The notes beneath the pieces were generated by a model. It was not told the DNA's origin. It saw nothing but the letters and a program-made list of their open reading frames with translations, and searched no databases. DNA of 64,000 bases from Treponemataceae bacterium (lineage in GTDB: Bacteria; Spirochaetota; Spirochaetia; Treponematales; Rectinemataceae). Of this stretch, positions 18,179-29,800 are shown piece by piece. Position 1 is the first letter of the stretch; every line of letters starts with the position of its first letter. The position numbers were made by a program, and so were the translations under genes. The DNA lies in contig CAXXVZ010000003.1 of the NCBI GenBank assembly GCA_963678065.2, positions 1,504,001 to 1,568,000 on the forward strand. Direction: 5' to 3'.

Positions 18179-19282
18179 TTATGGAGATGGCGGAACCGTC
18201 GGGGCGGCGGCTCCATCCTGCCCCGGGGTCGGCTCTCCCTGCGCCGCGGGGACTTGGTTCGCGGCGCCTGGGGAAGCAGCTTCGGCTCCCGTCCCGGAGA
18301 CCGCGCCCACATCGCCAGCAGTGCCGGTGTCGCCGGTACCGCCTTGGGCGGGAGCCTCGTCGTCGAGGGCGGAAGGCTCGATGCCCTGGGGCGGAGGCTG
18401 GAACTGCGTCGCCTGGTCGGGAAGCTGGGCACCGCCACCCGTGTAGCGGCGCGAAAGGTAGGCGTAGCGCTCGCGGAGGATACCCGAGCGAGAGAGGTTG
18501 GAGGGATTGTACTTGATCGGCGAAGACAGGAGGGCGACGAGGCGCGCCGCCTCGTCCCGGTTCAGGGCGGCGACGGTCTTTTTGTAGTATTTCAGGGAGG
18601 CCGGCTCGATCCCGAAAAGCCCCTTGCCCCACTCCGCGTAGCCGAAATAGAGCTCAAGTATCCTGTCCTTGTCGAGGAAAGCTTCCAGTTCGAGGGCCGT
18701 GATGATCTCGAAGTACTTCCTGATATAGCTCTTTTCGGGGACGAGAAAGAGAGTTCTCGCCACCTGCATGGTGAGGGTCGACCCGCCGTAGAGGGGTCTG
18801 CCGACGATGGCGTTGATCTGTCTCGCCCTTTTGAAAGCCTCGAAATCGAGACCGTGGTGCGTGTAGAATTTGCCGTCCTCCACGGAAACCAGCATGGAAC
18901 GGATGTAAACCGGTATTTTCTTGAGGGATCGAGGTTTCGGGGCTTCAACCTTCCAGCCGTAGAGCACCGCACGGTAGACCATGATGACGCTCGCGGGTGG
19001 GTCGTAGGCCTTGTAGACGAGGATGAGGAGACAGGTCGTCACGATGTACCAGGCGTGGATGGCGAGGACGAGGAGGGCCAGAAAACGCAGCGCCCTGACG
19101 ATGAAGACCGGTTTCCCGGTGCGGGAGGCGGGACTCGCCATGACCGCGGCGGCTCCTGCCGGGAAGCTTCCGGACAGTTTGCCCGCGAGGGCTCGCGCCA
19201 TCCGGAGCTGCGCGAGCGCGCTCTCCGCAGCGGTGGATCTGCGCGGGACAAACCGGGCCGATCGGGATGATCCGGATTCCAT
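18179..19282 (-). CDS. mtgA: Monofunctional peptidoglycan transglycosylase (GT51)
   Basis: EDGKFYTHHG, GGSTLTMQVAR, KDRILELY, EWGKGLFGI; start codon uncertain. Confidence 0.85.
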   Translation of the reverse strand: MESGSSRSARFVPRRSTAAESALAQLRMARALAGKLSGSFPAGAAAVMASPASRTGKPVFIVRALRFLALLVLAIHAWYIVTTCLLILVYKAYDPPASVIMVYRAVLYGWKVEAPKPRSLKKIPVYIRSMLVSVEDGKFYTHHGLDFEAFKRARQINAIVGRPLYGGSTLTMQVARTLFLVPEKSYIRKYFEIITALELEAFLDKDRILELYFGYAEWGKGLFGIEPASLKYYKKTVAALNRDEAARLVALLSSPIKYNPSNLSRSGILRERYAYLSRRYTGGGAQLPDQATQFQPPPQGIEPSALDDEAPAQGGTGDTGTAGDVGAVSGTGAEAASPGAANQVPAAQGEPTPGQDGAAAPTVPPSP

Positions 19283-19334
19283 GGGAGTCGCCTGACCATA
19301 GCACGCCGGGCCTCCGAGGGCAAGAATCCTTTCG

Positions 19335-19363
19335 TTGACACTCTTTTTCCATAAGACTAGGAT
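19335..19363 (+). promoter_or_regulatory. Sigma70-type promoter (likely leaderless transcript)
   Basis: TTGACA-17 nt-TAGGAT, ATG 7 nt downstream. Confidence 0.65.
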
Positions 19364-19370
19364 GGCTCCC

Positions 19371-20837
19371 ATGAAACGAAGGACCAGAGTCGGATTCCGG
19401 CTTTTTGCCGCGGTGAGCCTCGCCATGCTGACGGCGGCTGTCCTGCCCCTCCATTCCCAGCAAGCCGCGACGATGGGAGGCTCGAGGTCGGGTCCCCTCT
19501 CCTTCCGGATGGACAATGGGCTGGACATCATCGTTTTTTCTGACGGGTCGACCGACCCGGCGCGGACCGAACTCGTGTTCCGGGGCGGCGCCTCGGCGCA
19601 GACAAAGGACAACGCGGGAGTCTTCAATCTTCTCTCTCAACTGATACTCGGTTCCGCCGCGCCCTTTGAGCAGGCATCCTCTCCTTCCTGTCAGGTCGGG
19701 ACCGACCGCTTCGTCATAGGACTCAGCGCCAGGAAAGAGGAGCTCGACGAAGCTTTCGGCTTCCTCCGGGAGATCTCCGACGCCGACAGGATCGCAGCCG
19801 CGGTCGCCCGGGAGTCCGCCTTGGCCCAGGCGCGCGAGGCTGCCGTCTTTGCCGCGCACGCCGCGTCCGCGGATCCGGCAGCCCTCCTAGACGCCTCGGT
19901 GAACAGGAAACTGTTCGGGAAGTATCCCTGGCGCAGAGAACTCACGGGCCAGGAAAAGACACTGGCGGAACTTCCGGGCGACACGATACTCGCGGCCGCC
20001 CGCGCCTGGTTTGTCCCGAACAATGCCCTCCTCGTCGTGACGGGGGACGTGGACGGCGAAACAGTCAGAGACCTTGCCGAAAAGGCCTTCGGTTCCTGGA
20101 AAAAAGCTCCCGATCCGCTCAAGCAGAAATTGCCGGTCTTCCCGAAGCCGGGCGTGACGAGGCCGACCTGGCTGGCCCGCCAGGACCCATCCATCCCCGT
20201 GGGAACGGCCCTCGTCGATATACGCTACAGGGGACCGGACCCCGATTCCGAACCGCAGGCCTCCCGCGCGGCGCAGCTCTGGGCAGAACTCGCGGACAAT
20301 CCCTCGGGACGACTCGTCGCGGCGCTCGCCAAAAGCGCGCCGGGATTCCTGAAAACCGAGCCAATCGTCGCGCGCTACGTGCCAGAGGCGGACAGCTCAT
20401 GGATCACCCTCTCCGCCTCCCTCAAATCCGATAACGCCGCGAGCCGGGCGCAGCAGTTCAAGGAGGTGGCGCGCAACACTGAGATGTACGCCATGAAGTC
20501 CAACGCATCCTACTTCAAACCCGATGAGTACGCGGACGCGAAAAACCGCCTCATCGAGGCGAGAACGCGAAGCTTCGAAACGCCCGAAGGCGCCGCGAAG
20601 GCCCTCGAAGACGCGTGGATCCTCTGGAGCCTGGAAGAATTCATCGCCTTTCCTTCGGCTCTGGCAAAAATCGGCAGCAAGGATATCATCTCCCTGTCCG
20701 ACAACTACTTCATGAAGAACCTCGAGGTCGTCAGCCTCGGGCTCAACCCCGCCGACTACGCGAAACAGAAAAAAAGTCTCTCAGGCAACGGTTTCGAGGA
20801 AGTCAGCCAGGACAAGGCTTTCTGGTGGCAGAAATAA
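19371..20837 (+). CDS. Secreted M16 (insulinase/PqqL-like) family protein, probably catalytically inactive
   Basis: Signal peptide; MDNGL, FVPNNALLVVTGDVD motifs; HxxEH replaced by NLLSQ. Confidence 0.8.
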   Translation: MKRRTRVGFRLFAAVSLAMLTAAVLPLHSQQAATMGGSRSGPLSFRMDNGLDIIVFSDGSTDPARTELVFRGGASAQTKDNAGVFNLLSQLILGSAAPFEQASSPSCQVGTDRFVIGLSARKEELDEAFGFLREISDADRIAAAVARESALAQAREAAVFAAHAASADPAALLDASVNRKLFGKYPWRRELTGQEKTLAELPGDTILAAARAWFVPNNALLVVTGDVDGETVRDLAEKAFGSWKKAPDPLKQKLPVFPKPGVTRPTWLARQDPSIPVGTALVDIRYRGPDPDSEPQASRAAQLWAELADNPSGRLVAALAKSAPGFLKTEPIVARYVPEADSSWITLSASLKSDNAASRAQQFKEVARNTEMYAMKSNASYFKPDEYADAKNRLIEARTRSFETPEGAAKALEDAWILWSLEEFIAFPSALAKIGSKDIISLSDNYFMKNLEVVSLGLNPADYAKQKKSLSGNGFEEVSQDKAFWWQK

Positions 20838-20927
20838 CCGCCTGAGCACCTGTCATGCCGGCGGGCACCACATTCGCAGGCAGGAGCGCACAACGCAGGC
20901 GGCTTTGGGCGAATGGGGACGATCCGG

Positions 20928-23078
20928 TCACTCCTCTTCGAGGCCGAGGACGGTCGGCAGGCCTCGGAGGGCCTTGGCGATGCGTTTGACGTCGTCCCGC
21001 GAATCCACTTCCATGGTGAAGTAGCCGGAAAGCGTCCCGTCGCCCTGTTCGTCGAGTTTGCCCTCGCGGAGGCGGCCCCGGAACTTGTGCACCGCGGCTT
21101 CCATCTCCGAAAAAATGTCCACGGTTCTGCGGACAGTCACGCGATACCGCGCGGTCACGAAGGGCGCGTCCTGTTCCCAGGCAACCTCGATCCTGCGGTC
21201 GGCGAAATCGGCGATCGCCGCGAGGGACTTGCAGTCCTCCCTGTGGACGATGATTCCCCGCCCGCGCGACACATAGCCGACGATGCGGTCTCCCGTGACG
21301 GGCCTGCAGCAGCCCGCGATGCGGATCATCATGTTCTTGGCTCCGCCTATGGCGACGCCCGCCTTGTCGTTGCGCAGGACCTGTCCGGGCTCGTAGGCGC
21401 GGAATTCCACGGTGGAGGGTGGCTTGGGGGCCGTGCCCTTTGCCTGGGCGGCCGCGAGCGCCGCTGAATCCCTCGTGAACTGGAGGCTCGTGCCCCCCGC
21501 CTTCTGCTCCTCGCCCTCGTGCGCCGCCCTGCCGTGCTCCTCGGCCTTCTCCTTCTCGGCCTTCTTGCCCGCGATGATGCTCTTGTCGATCGCGAGGACC
21601 TGGCCCGAGGCCACGAGAACGGCGCGGATCTTGCTGCGCGCCTTCGAGGTGCGGGCTATCCGGAGCCAGTTGACGTTGGGCCGGGCCTGGGGCGAGGTCA
21701 GTATCTCGACGACCTGCGTGTTCTTGAGCTCGCCGTCGAGGGGAATGATGGCCCCGTCGGCCTTGGCGCCGAGGCAGTGGATGCCGACATCCGAGTGGAT
21801 GGCGAAGGCGAAGTCGAGGGGCGTCGACCCTGACGGGAGTTCGATGACGTCGCCCACCGGCGTGAACACGAAGATCGAATCCTTGAGGAGCTCGCGCTTG
21901 ATGGTCTCGAGGTACTCCGCGCCCTCGGCCAGGAAGCCGTTCCACTCCTTGAGCTTGCTGACTATGGGCAGGTCGTCGATGCGGGGAGCTTCGGCGCTCG
22001 AGCCACCCTTGTAGAGCCAGTGCGAGGCGACGCCGTATTCCGCGACGCGGTGCATGAGCCCCGTCCTGATCTGGACTTCCAGAAGCGTCCCGCCGTAGCA
22101 CATGACCGTCGTGTGGAGGCTGCGGTAGCCGTTGGCCTTGGGCATGGCGATGTAGTCCTTGAAGCGGCCGTCCATGGGCTTCCAGAGACGGTGGACGAGG
22201 CCGAGGAGGGCGTAGCAGTCGTACTCCGTATCGCAGATGAGCCTCAGGCCCAGAAGGTCGTAGAGTTCCTCGGCGCCCTTGGCCTTTTTGCGCATCTTGA
22301 GGTAAATCGAGTAGAAGTGCTTGGCTCTGGCGGAAATCTCGACGGCGATGCCCTCTTTCTTTGCCTCGGCCATGATTTCGGCCTGGACCCTGGCCAGGAA
22401 CTCCTCGCGCTCGCCCCGCTTTATGGCGACGATATCCTTGATCTGGTCGAAGGCCTCGCGGTTGATGACCTTGAGCGAGAGGTCCTCGAGCTCGTCCTTG
22501 AGCCAGGAAATACCGAGGCGGTCGGCCAGCGGCGCGAACACGTCCAGGCACTCCGTGGCGATCTGTTTCTGGCGCTCCTCGGGCAGCCACTTCAGGGTCC
22601 GCATGCTGTCGAGCTTGTCCGCGAGTTTGACGATGATGACGCGCAGGTCCCTCGTCATCGCGAAGAGCATCTTGCGCATGGTTTCGGCCGCGTGGACCGT
22701 CTTGTTCTTGGCCCTGACCGCGGCGATGCGCGAGACTCCGTCGACGATGAAGGCGGTTCCCGGACTGAAACGCTCGCTGATCTCCTTCAGAACCGACTCG
22801 CTGCCCCGCACCGCCTGGGCGCCGGGCCGCGCTGTGGCGGGGGATTCTTCGAATATGTCGTGGAAGAGGGCCGCGAGGACGGATTCCATGTCCATGCCCA
22901 TCTCCACGAGGGTTCTGGCCACGCGGATGTTGTGCATGATTGCGGGCTCGCCAGAGGCGCGCAGGAGCTCTCCGTGCCGGGCAGTGGACCACTCGAGGGC
23001 CCTTCTCACGGTGTCGGAGGCCGATTCTCCGTAGGCAGAGGCAGTTTTTCCGAGAAAGTCCCGGATCAAATCTTCCAC
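20928..23078 (-). CDS. rel: (p)ppGpp synthetase/hydrolase, long RSH
   Basis: HD domain, KLADKLDSMRTL, RFKDYIAMPKANGYRSLHT, TGS, CC zinc finger, ACT. Confidence 0.95.
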   Translation of the reverse strand: MEDLIRDFLGKTASAYGESASDTVRRALEWSTARHGELLRASGEPAIMHNIRVARTLVEMGMDMESVLAALFHDIFEESPATARPGAQAVRGSESVLKEISERFSPGTAFIVDGVSRIAAVRAKNKTVHAAETMRKMLFAMTRDLRVIIVKLADKLDSMRTLKWLPEERQKQIATECLDVFAPLADRLGISWLKDELEDLSLKVINREAFDQIKDIVAIKRGEREEFLARVQAEIMAEAKKEGIAVEISARAKHFYSIYLKMRKKAKGAEELYDLLGLRLICDTEYDCYALLGLVHRLWKPMDGRFKDYIAMPKANGYRSLHTTVMCYGGTLLEVQIRTGLMHRVAEYGVASHWLYKGGSSAEAPRIDDLPIVSKLKEWNGFLAEGAEYLETIKRELLKDSIFVFTPVGDVIELPSGSTPLDFAFAIHSDVGIHCLGAKADGAIIPLDGELKNTQVVEILTSPQARPNVNWLRIARTSKARSKIRAVLVASGQVLAIDKSIIAGKKAEKEKAEEHGRAAHEGEEQKAGGTSLQFTRDSAALAAAQAKGTAPKPPSTVEFRAYEPGQVLRNDKAGVAIGGAKNMMIRIAGCCRPVTGDRIVGYVSRGRGIIVHREDCKSLAAIADFADRRIEVAWEQDAPFVTARYRVTVRRTVDIFSEMEAAVHKFRGRLREGKLDEQGDGTLSGYFTMEVDSRDDVKRIAKALRGLPTVLGLEEE

Positions 23079-23988
23079 GGCTTTCTTCCCCCCGTGACGC
23101 GGGCGAGGCCTGCGAGATCCTCGACGCAGCGGATATCGGTGTAGCCTGCATCCGACAGCATGTGCCTGATCGCGGCGGCCTGGCTCGGATCGGATTCTAC
23201 AAACAGTAACCCACCCGGGCAGAGATGGTGAAGTGCCTCCGGGACGAGGCGCCGGTACAGATCGAGTCCGTCGGCGCCGCCGTCCAGGGCGAGGCGGGGC
23301 TCGGACCAGCCGCGCGAAAGCAGGCCGTCTGTTTCCCGGGACGGGACATAGGGCGGGTTCGCCAGGATAAGGTCGAATTCTCCCCCGACAGACGAGAAGA
23401 GGTCGCTACGGACGAAAGGCAGCTCACGGCCGAGCAGGTCGCGGGAATTGCGGCGCGCGATGGCGAGGACGCCTTCCGAAATGTCGGAGGCGGAAACCTC
23501 CCACCCGGGCCTTTCGGCCGACAGTGTGATGGCGACGGCGCCCGAGCCCGTGCAGAGTTCGTGGACGCGCAGGGGGCGGGATGGCGGCGCGACAAGGGTG
23601 GTACCGCTCGACGAGTCTCCTTCAGGGCCGAAACCTGCGCAGGACACCGCGCCAGACGCGGCGGCGAGGGCCGCCTCCACGAGTATCTCGGTATCAGGAC
23701 GCGGGATGAGGACGTTCTCGTCGACATGAAAATCGCGCCCGTAGAATTCCTTCGTGCCGACAAGGTAGGCGATTGGCCTGCCCTCAGCCCGCGCCGCGAG
23801 GTGGCCGCGGTAGCGACGCAGGGCCGCTTCGTCGACTTCGCGGGAAAGATCGGCGAAAAGCCGCGAGCGTGTCACTCCGATGCAGTGGGCGAGGAGGAGG
23901 GAAGCGTCCAGACGGGCGGTCTCCGATCCTGCGAGGACGGCCGAACCGCCCAGGATCGCGCCGCCCTCCGCGAGCGCTTCCCGGACTG

Positions 23989-23992
<4 letters not shown>
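23066..23992 (-). CDS. prmC: Release factor glutamine methyltransferase
   Basis: GTGA overlap with prf[35 protein letters not shown]. Confidence 0.95.
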
Positions 23993-25059
<1,067 letters not shown>

Positions 25060-25166
25060 GGCAAAATGGTATACGAAAGACTCCCAGAAGGACAAGCATC
25101 GGCATCCGGCCCGCTGTCAAGGAGCTCATCGTCGATGTACATGTCCGCGACGAGCTGTATCGCGGA

Positions 25167-25472
25167 CTACTCGCTGGCCGTGCGATAATCCACCACGAGA
25201 ACATCCTTGATGAGGGGCCGGAGAGAGGCCGAGAATGATGTGTGATCGGGATGGACCAGATAGGCGTCCCGGTCCGCGTCATCGCGGAAGGTCAGAAAAA
25301 AACAGTGCGTGAATCCGTGGCTCTTGCCTTCGGGACTGGAGTCGGTGCCCCATTCCATGGCAACTATACCGCCGATCTTCCCTTTTAAAGCAAGAAAATC
25401 TTCCACCGCGCGGGCGATCGAATCCTCACGCGCAGTTTCGGCAAACGAGAAAAGCACACAGTGCCGTGTCAT
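25167..25472 (-). CDS. Dabb (stress-responsive A/B barrel) protein
   Basis: HCVLF, GFTH, YLVHPDH; GGAGG SD. Confidence 0.9.
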   Translation of the reverse strand: MTRHCVLFSFAETAREDSIARAVEDFLALKGKIGGIVAMEWGTDSSPEGKSHGFTHCFFLTFRDDADRDAYLVHPDHTSFSASLRPLIKDVLVVDYRTASE

Positions 25473-25487
25473 ATGTTCCTCCGAGGC

Positions 25488-26675
25488 CTAAAGGGGGCCC
25501 TGACCGATCTCATCTGCGGATGCAGCCGCGGTCGCCCCGTCCGCCTCCGCCGCGTGGCCGATGGCGAGAAGCTCCGGTTTTTGCGGCGCTCCGGCCAGGA
25601 GCTTCTGGAACTTCTCCGGATCGCGCATGGCCTCCAGCAGCTCGGCCTGGGTTCTGGCGAGAGTTTCCAGGTCCTTCTCGTCCACCTCTATCGGCTGGAA
25701 ATACTCGGAGTGCATGAATTTGTTCAGTTGGCCCTGTATTCCCTTGAAAATCCCGCTTTCCAGAAAGTTCGCGAGCCAGGGGAAGGTTTCCTTGTCAGGG
25801 ATACCCGGTTCTTCGTTCCTGTCTTTGGCCTGCCCCAGAAAATCCAGTCCGGCGTTGATCGCCTCCATCTGGACCGCATCTATCGAAAGCGCCTTTACCT
25901 GGAGGCGGAGACCTTCGATGATCCGGTTTTTTTCCTGGATGGTTTTCCGGTACTCGGTTTCCATCCGTTCCTGCCGGGACTTCATGTAGAGCATGTAGGA
26001 TCCCAGCTCGTCGGCGTTGCCCGAAATGCTGTTCAGTATCGACGAGAGCCGGGCCAGCACGTCGTTGTCGAGATTGTAGGGATAGCGGACCGTGTGGTCG
26101 ATCTCGCCCCAGGCCTCCTCGAACAGGGTCCTGACCTGCATCTCGATGATGAACTTCTGCTTGTTCGGACTCGTCATGAGAGAGTAGTGGACCGATCGGT
26201 AGCCGAATTTGTGGAACTCGATCTTGCACTCGTTCTCGCGGTAAAAATCGAGAATTCGATCCGAGTCGCCCTCCCGCACATAGGCGGTCGGTTTTTCCGC
26301 CATCTCCCAGTGCGAGGTGATGTAGCGGTGAATTTTGATCCAGTCTTCCTTGAACAGATGGAGGGCGCGGATGCCGATGAGATCCGTTATCCTGTCTTTG
26401 TAATTGTCGATCCCGATGTCGTTCGCAGGAGATTCGAGCCGCTTCCTGACGATCTTCGCGAGAAGATGGTCGGGGTCCTTGAGCCGGTAGTTGATCGAGT
26501 GGACTATCTTGTTCTTGAGGATGATGTCGACGACGTAGCGTCCGACGGTTTCAAGATCGGGGAGACTGCGGCCGTAATCGTCGGCGATAGCGAGAAGCTC
26601 ATTCCAGCTGATCCCCGCCTTCTCGAACTGCTCATCGCTGAAACGGAAGGTTTCAAGGAAATTCTGAAGGTCCAT
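25488..26675 (-). CDS. RelA/SpoT synthetase-domain protein (SAS-like) with C-terminal coiled coil
   Basis: RLKD..HL..K, TDLIGIR, GYRSVHY, EMQVRTLFEEAWGEIDH. Confidence 0.85.
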   Translation of the reverse strand: MDLQNFLETFRFSDEQFEKAGISWNELLAIADDYGRSLPDLETVGRYVVDIILKNKIVHSINYRLKDPDHLLAKIVRKRLESPANDIGIDNYKDRITDLIGIRALHLFKEDWIKIHRYITSHWEMAEKPTAYVREGDSDRILDFYRENECKIEFHKFGYRSVHYSLMTSPNKQKFIIEMQVRTLFEEAWGEIDHTVRYPYNLDNDVLARLSSILNSISGNADELGSYMLYMKSRQERMETEYRKTIQEKNRIIEGLRLQVKALSIDAVQMEAINAGLDFLGQAKDRNEEPGIPDKETFPWLANFLESGIFKGIQGQLNKFMHSEYFQPIEVDEKDLETLARTQAELLEAMRDPEKFQKLLAGAPQKPELLAIGHAAEADGATAAASADEIGQGPL

Positions 26676-26850
26676 TGGCGCTAAAGTATTCATCCGGCCC
26701 GGGAAAGTCCAATCCACACATCCACACCCGAATGAGCAGGCTCGCGGTGAACTGCGCGGGTATGAAACCCCCTTTAGAATCAGCTTGTCCCAGGGTGATT
26801 CATCCTGTATTCTGAGACCTGTTCCCACAATCCAGGCAGAGGGAAAACAA

Positions 26851-29800
26851 ATGAAGAAGCGACTGTGGACTTCATCGATTTTGCCGGCCCTCATAGTCGC
26901 CATCGTCGCCATAGTCGCCATCGCCGGCATCATCGCGCTGAGGGCCCCGACGCCGAAGCCCGCGCAGGCCCAGGCTGTCCAAGCGCCGCTCGCCAAGCCT
27001 GCGGGGCCGGCGGCCGAAGCATTCAATGGGACTGAACTTCTTTTTCTCGGCAATAAGAACATAGCTCCGGTGATATACCTAAAAGGGACTACTCCCGGAG
27101 GGGTCGCCGTCGACATAGTCCATGCTCTCGCAAAACATATGCGGAGATCCATTAAAATCAGCGCCATGGATTGGTCGGAAGCGCAGGCTCTTGTCGCCAG
27201 AGGCGAGGCGGATGCCCTGATCCAGATAAACGCGACTGAGGAGCGGAAATATATATATGATTTTTCGGAGCCACTCCTTGAATCCCATTTTTCGATTTTT
27301 TCACGCGCGAATACGCTGGACATCATAGGGATCTCGAGTCTTCGCGGTTTACGGGTTGGAGTCGAATCAGGCGGCCTGCCGCATCAGGTATTGGGAAAAG
27401 ATTCTCGGATCGGCCTGACGATCATTCCCGACTTCCTTGAGGGCTTCAGGCGGCTGAAAGAAGGGTCGATCGATGCCGTTGTCGTCGACTACCGGGTCGG
27501 ATCCTATGTCCTCGCCGAAAATGGCATCAAGAATATCAAAGTAACCGGCGAACCGATCGAATCCTCCTACTCTTCGATCGCCGTGAAAAGGGGAAATACC
27601 GAACTGCTCGGTGCGGTCAACGATGCGCTGCGCAGCATCAAGGCTGACGGCAGTTACCAGAAAATTCTCGACAAATGGAGGCCGACAGAGGTTGTATTCG
27701 AAACCCGACAGCAGATCGCGGAACGGATTTACCTCACGATTACGCTCATCCTCTTCGCGCTGCTCCTGATTACCGTGATATGGGTCCTGACCATCAGGAA
27801 GCAATTGACCGGAAGAAAAGCCGCCGAAGAGAAACTGAAGGAACAGTATTCTACGCTGCACGGCATCATCGACCACGCCAATGCATTCATCTTTTCCGTG
27901 GACAGGCAATACCGCTACACCAGCTTCAATGCGGGACATGCCACCATGATGAAAGCGCTCTATGGCGCGGAAATCGAACAAGGCCACAGTCTGTTGGATT
28001 ACTTGACCGTGCCGGAAGACCGGAAGACCGCCAGGCGCAACATCGATCGGGCCTTGGCCGGCGAGCAACTCGTGGAGGAAGCCTATACCGGAGAGGAGCT
28101 TCGGTTGCGGCACTATTTTCGGGTGTCACACAGCCCCATCAAGGTTGACAAAGAGGTCATCGGCGTAGCCATGCTCGCCCAGGATATGACCGAGCGCAAG
28201 CAGGTAGAAGATGAGCGCGTTGAACACATCCGTTTCCTGGAAAGCCTGGCTCTCATCGACCAGGCTATCCAGAAGGAAACCAATGTCGAGGCAATGGTAA
28301 GGAATGTAGTCAATACGGTGTTTTCGATTTTCGACTGCGATCGTGCCTGGCTGTTCTATCCATGCGACCCCGATGCCCCAACGTTTCGCGTACCCATGAT
28401 AATCTGCAGGCCTGAATATCCCGCCGCCCAAGTCCTGGATGTGGACTTGCCAATACCACCGGACATGTCCGAGAATTTGCGGGAGGCATTGGGGACTGAT
28501 AATGCATTGACATATATTGCTGGAACAGATAGACCCATCAACAAAGTGACTGCCGAACAATTTGGCGTTCAATCGCAAATGTTGATTTCCATGTTTCCAA
28601 AGTTAGGCAAGCCCTGGGTTTTCGGAATGCACCAATGCTCGCACCCGCGGGTATGGACAGAGGAAGAGCGGCAGCTTTTCAAGGAGATCAGCAGACGCGT
28701 CACGGACAGCCTGACAAGCCTGTTGATGTTCCAGGACCTTGTGGAAAGCGAACGCGCAAAAACGGAACTCCTCGGGAAGTTGAATGAAGCCCAGCATATT
28801 GCCATGATCGGAAGTTGGGAGTGGGATCTGTCGACCAGTCGCGTATGGTGGTCGGATGAAACGTATCGGATTTTCGGCGTAGCACCGCAGGATTTCGTAC
28901 CTGACTTCGAAACAAACGGCAAGTTCATTCATCCCGATGATGTGCTGACATACAACAAGTCGTTTGAGCATACTATGCAGACAGGCGAACCCTTGGATGT
29001 CGATCTCAGGCTGATCTCAGGCGATGGACTGCAGAAAACCTGTCAAGCCAAAGGGGCGATGGATTATGGCAATTCCGGTAAACCGATCCGCTTTATCGGA
29101 ACGATCATGGACATAACCGAGTATAAACGCACAGAAGAGTCACTGCGCCGTTTGAATCGAGAACTGCGGGCGATCAGCAACTGCAATCAGGCTCTGATGC
29201 GGGCCGAGGATGAGCAGACTCTGCTCGGCCAGATCTGCCACATCATATGCGACGAAGCCGGCTACCGTCTGGCCTGGGTAGGGTTTGCCGAGAACGACGA
29301 GGGCAAGTCCGTACGCCCCGTGGCATGGGCCGGGTCCGACAACGGGTATGTCGAAAACGCCAAGCTCAGCTGGTCCGAAGATTCGGAACGCGGACAAAGT
29401 CCCGGCGGAATAGCCATCCGGAGCGGCAGGACAGTCTATGTTCAGGATTTTACCACCGACCCGCGGATGGCTCCCTGGCGGGAGAGCGCCCTGCAACGCG
29501 GTTATCGCTCTTCCATCGCCCTCCCCCTCAAGGACGAAAACGCGAAGGTATTCGGCATTCTCGTGATCTATTCAGCCGAGATCAACGCTTTTTTCCCGGA
29601 CGAACTCCGGCTCCTCGAGGAAATGTCCGGCGATCTGGCGTTTGGAATCGTCATCCTGCGAGTTCGCGCCGAACATAGATTCGCGGAAGAGGAAATTCGC
29701 AAGCTCAACCAGGAACTCGAACAGCGCGTCGCCGACCGCACCACCCAGCTGGAATTGGCGAACGAAGAATTGAAAGCGTTTGCCTACTCGGTGTCGCACG

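Noticed and set aside
20803..23151. 782-aa alternative-frame ORF over rel, and similar long shadow ORFs over serS, metC, gltD and gltB
   Set aside because: Arg/Gly/Pro-rich products expected from high GC3 codon bias in real genes
25488..27326. 612-aa version of the SAS-like ORF
   Set aside because: N-terminal 217 aa are antisense to the kinase gene and its promoter; real start is likely 26675
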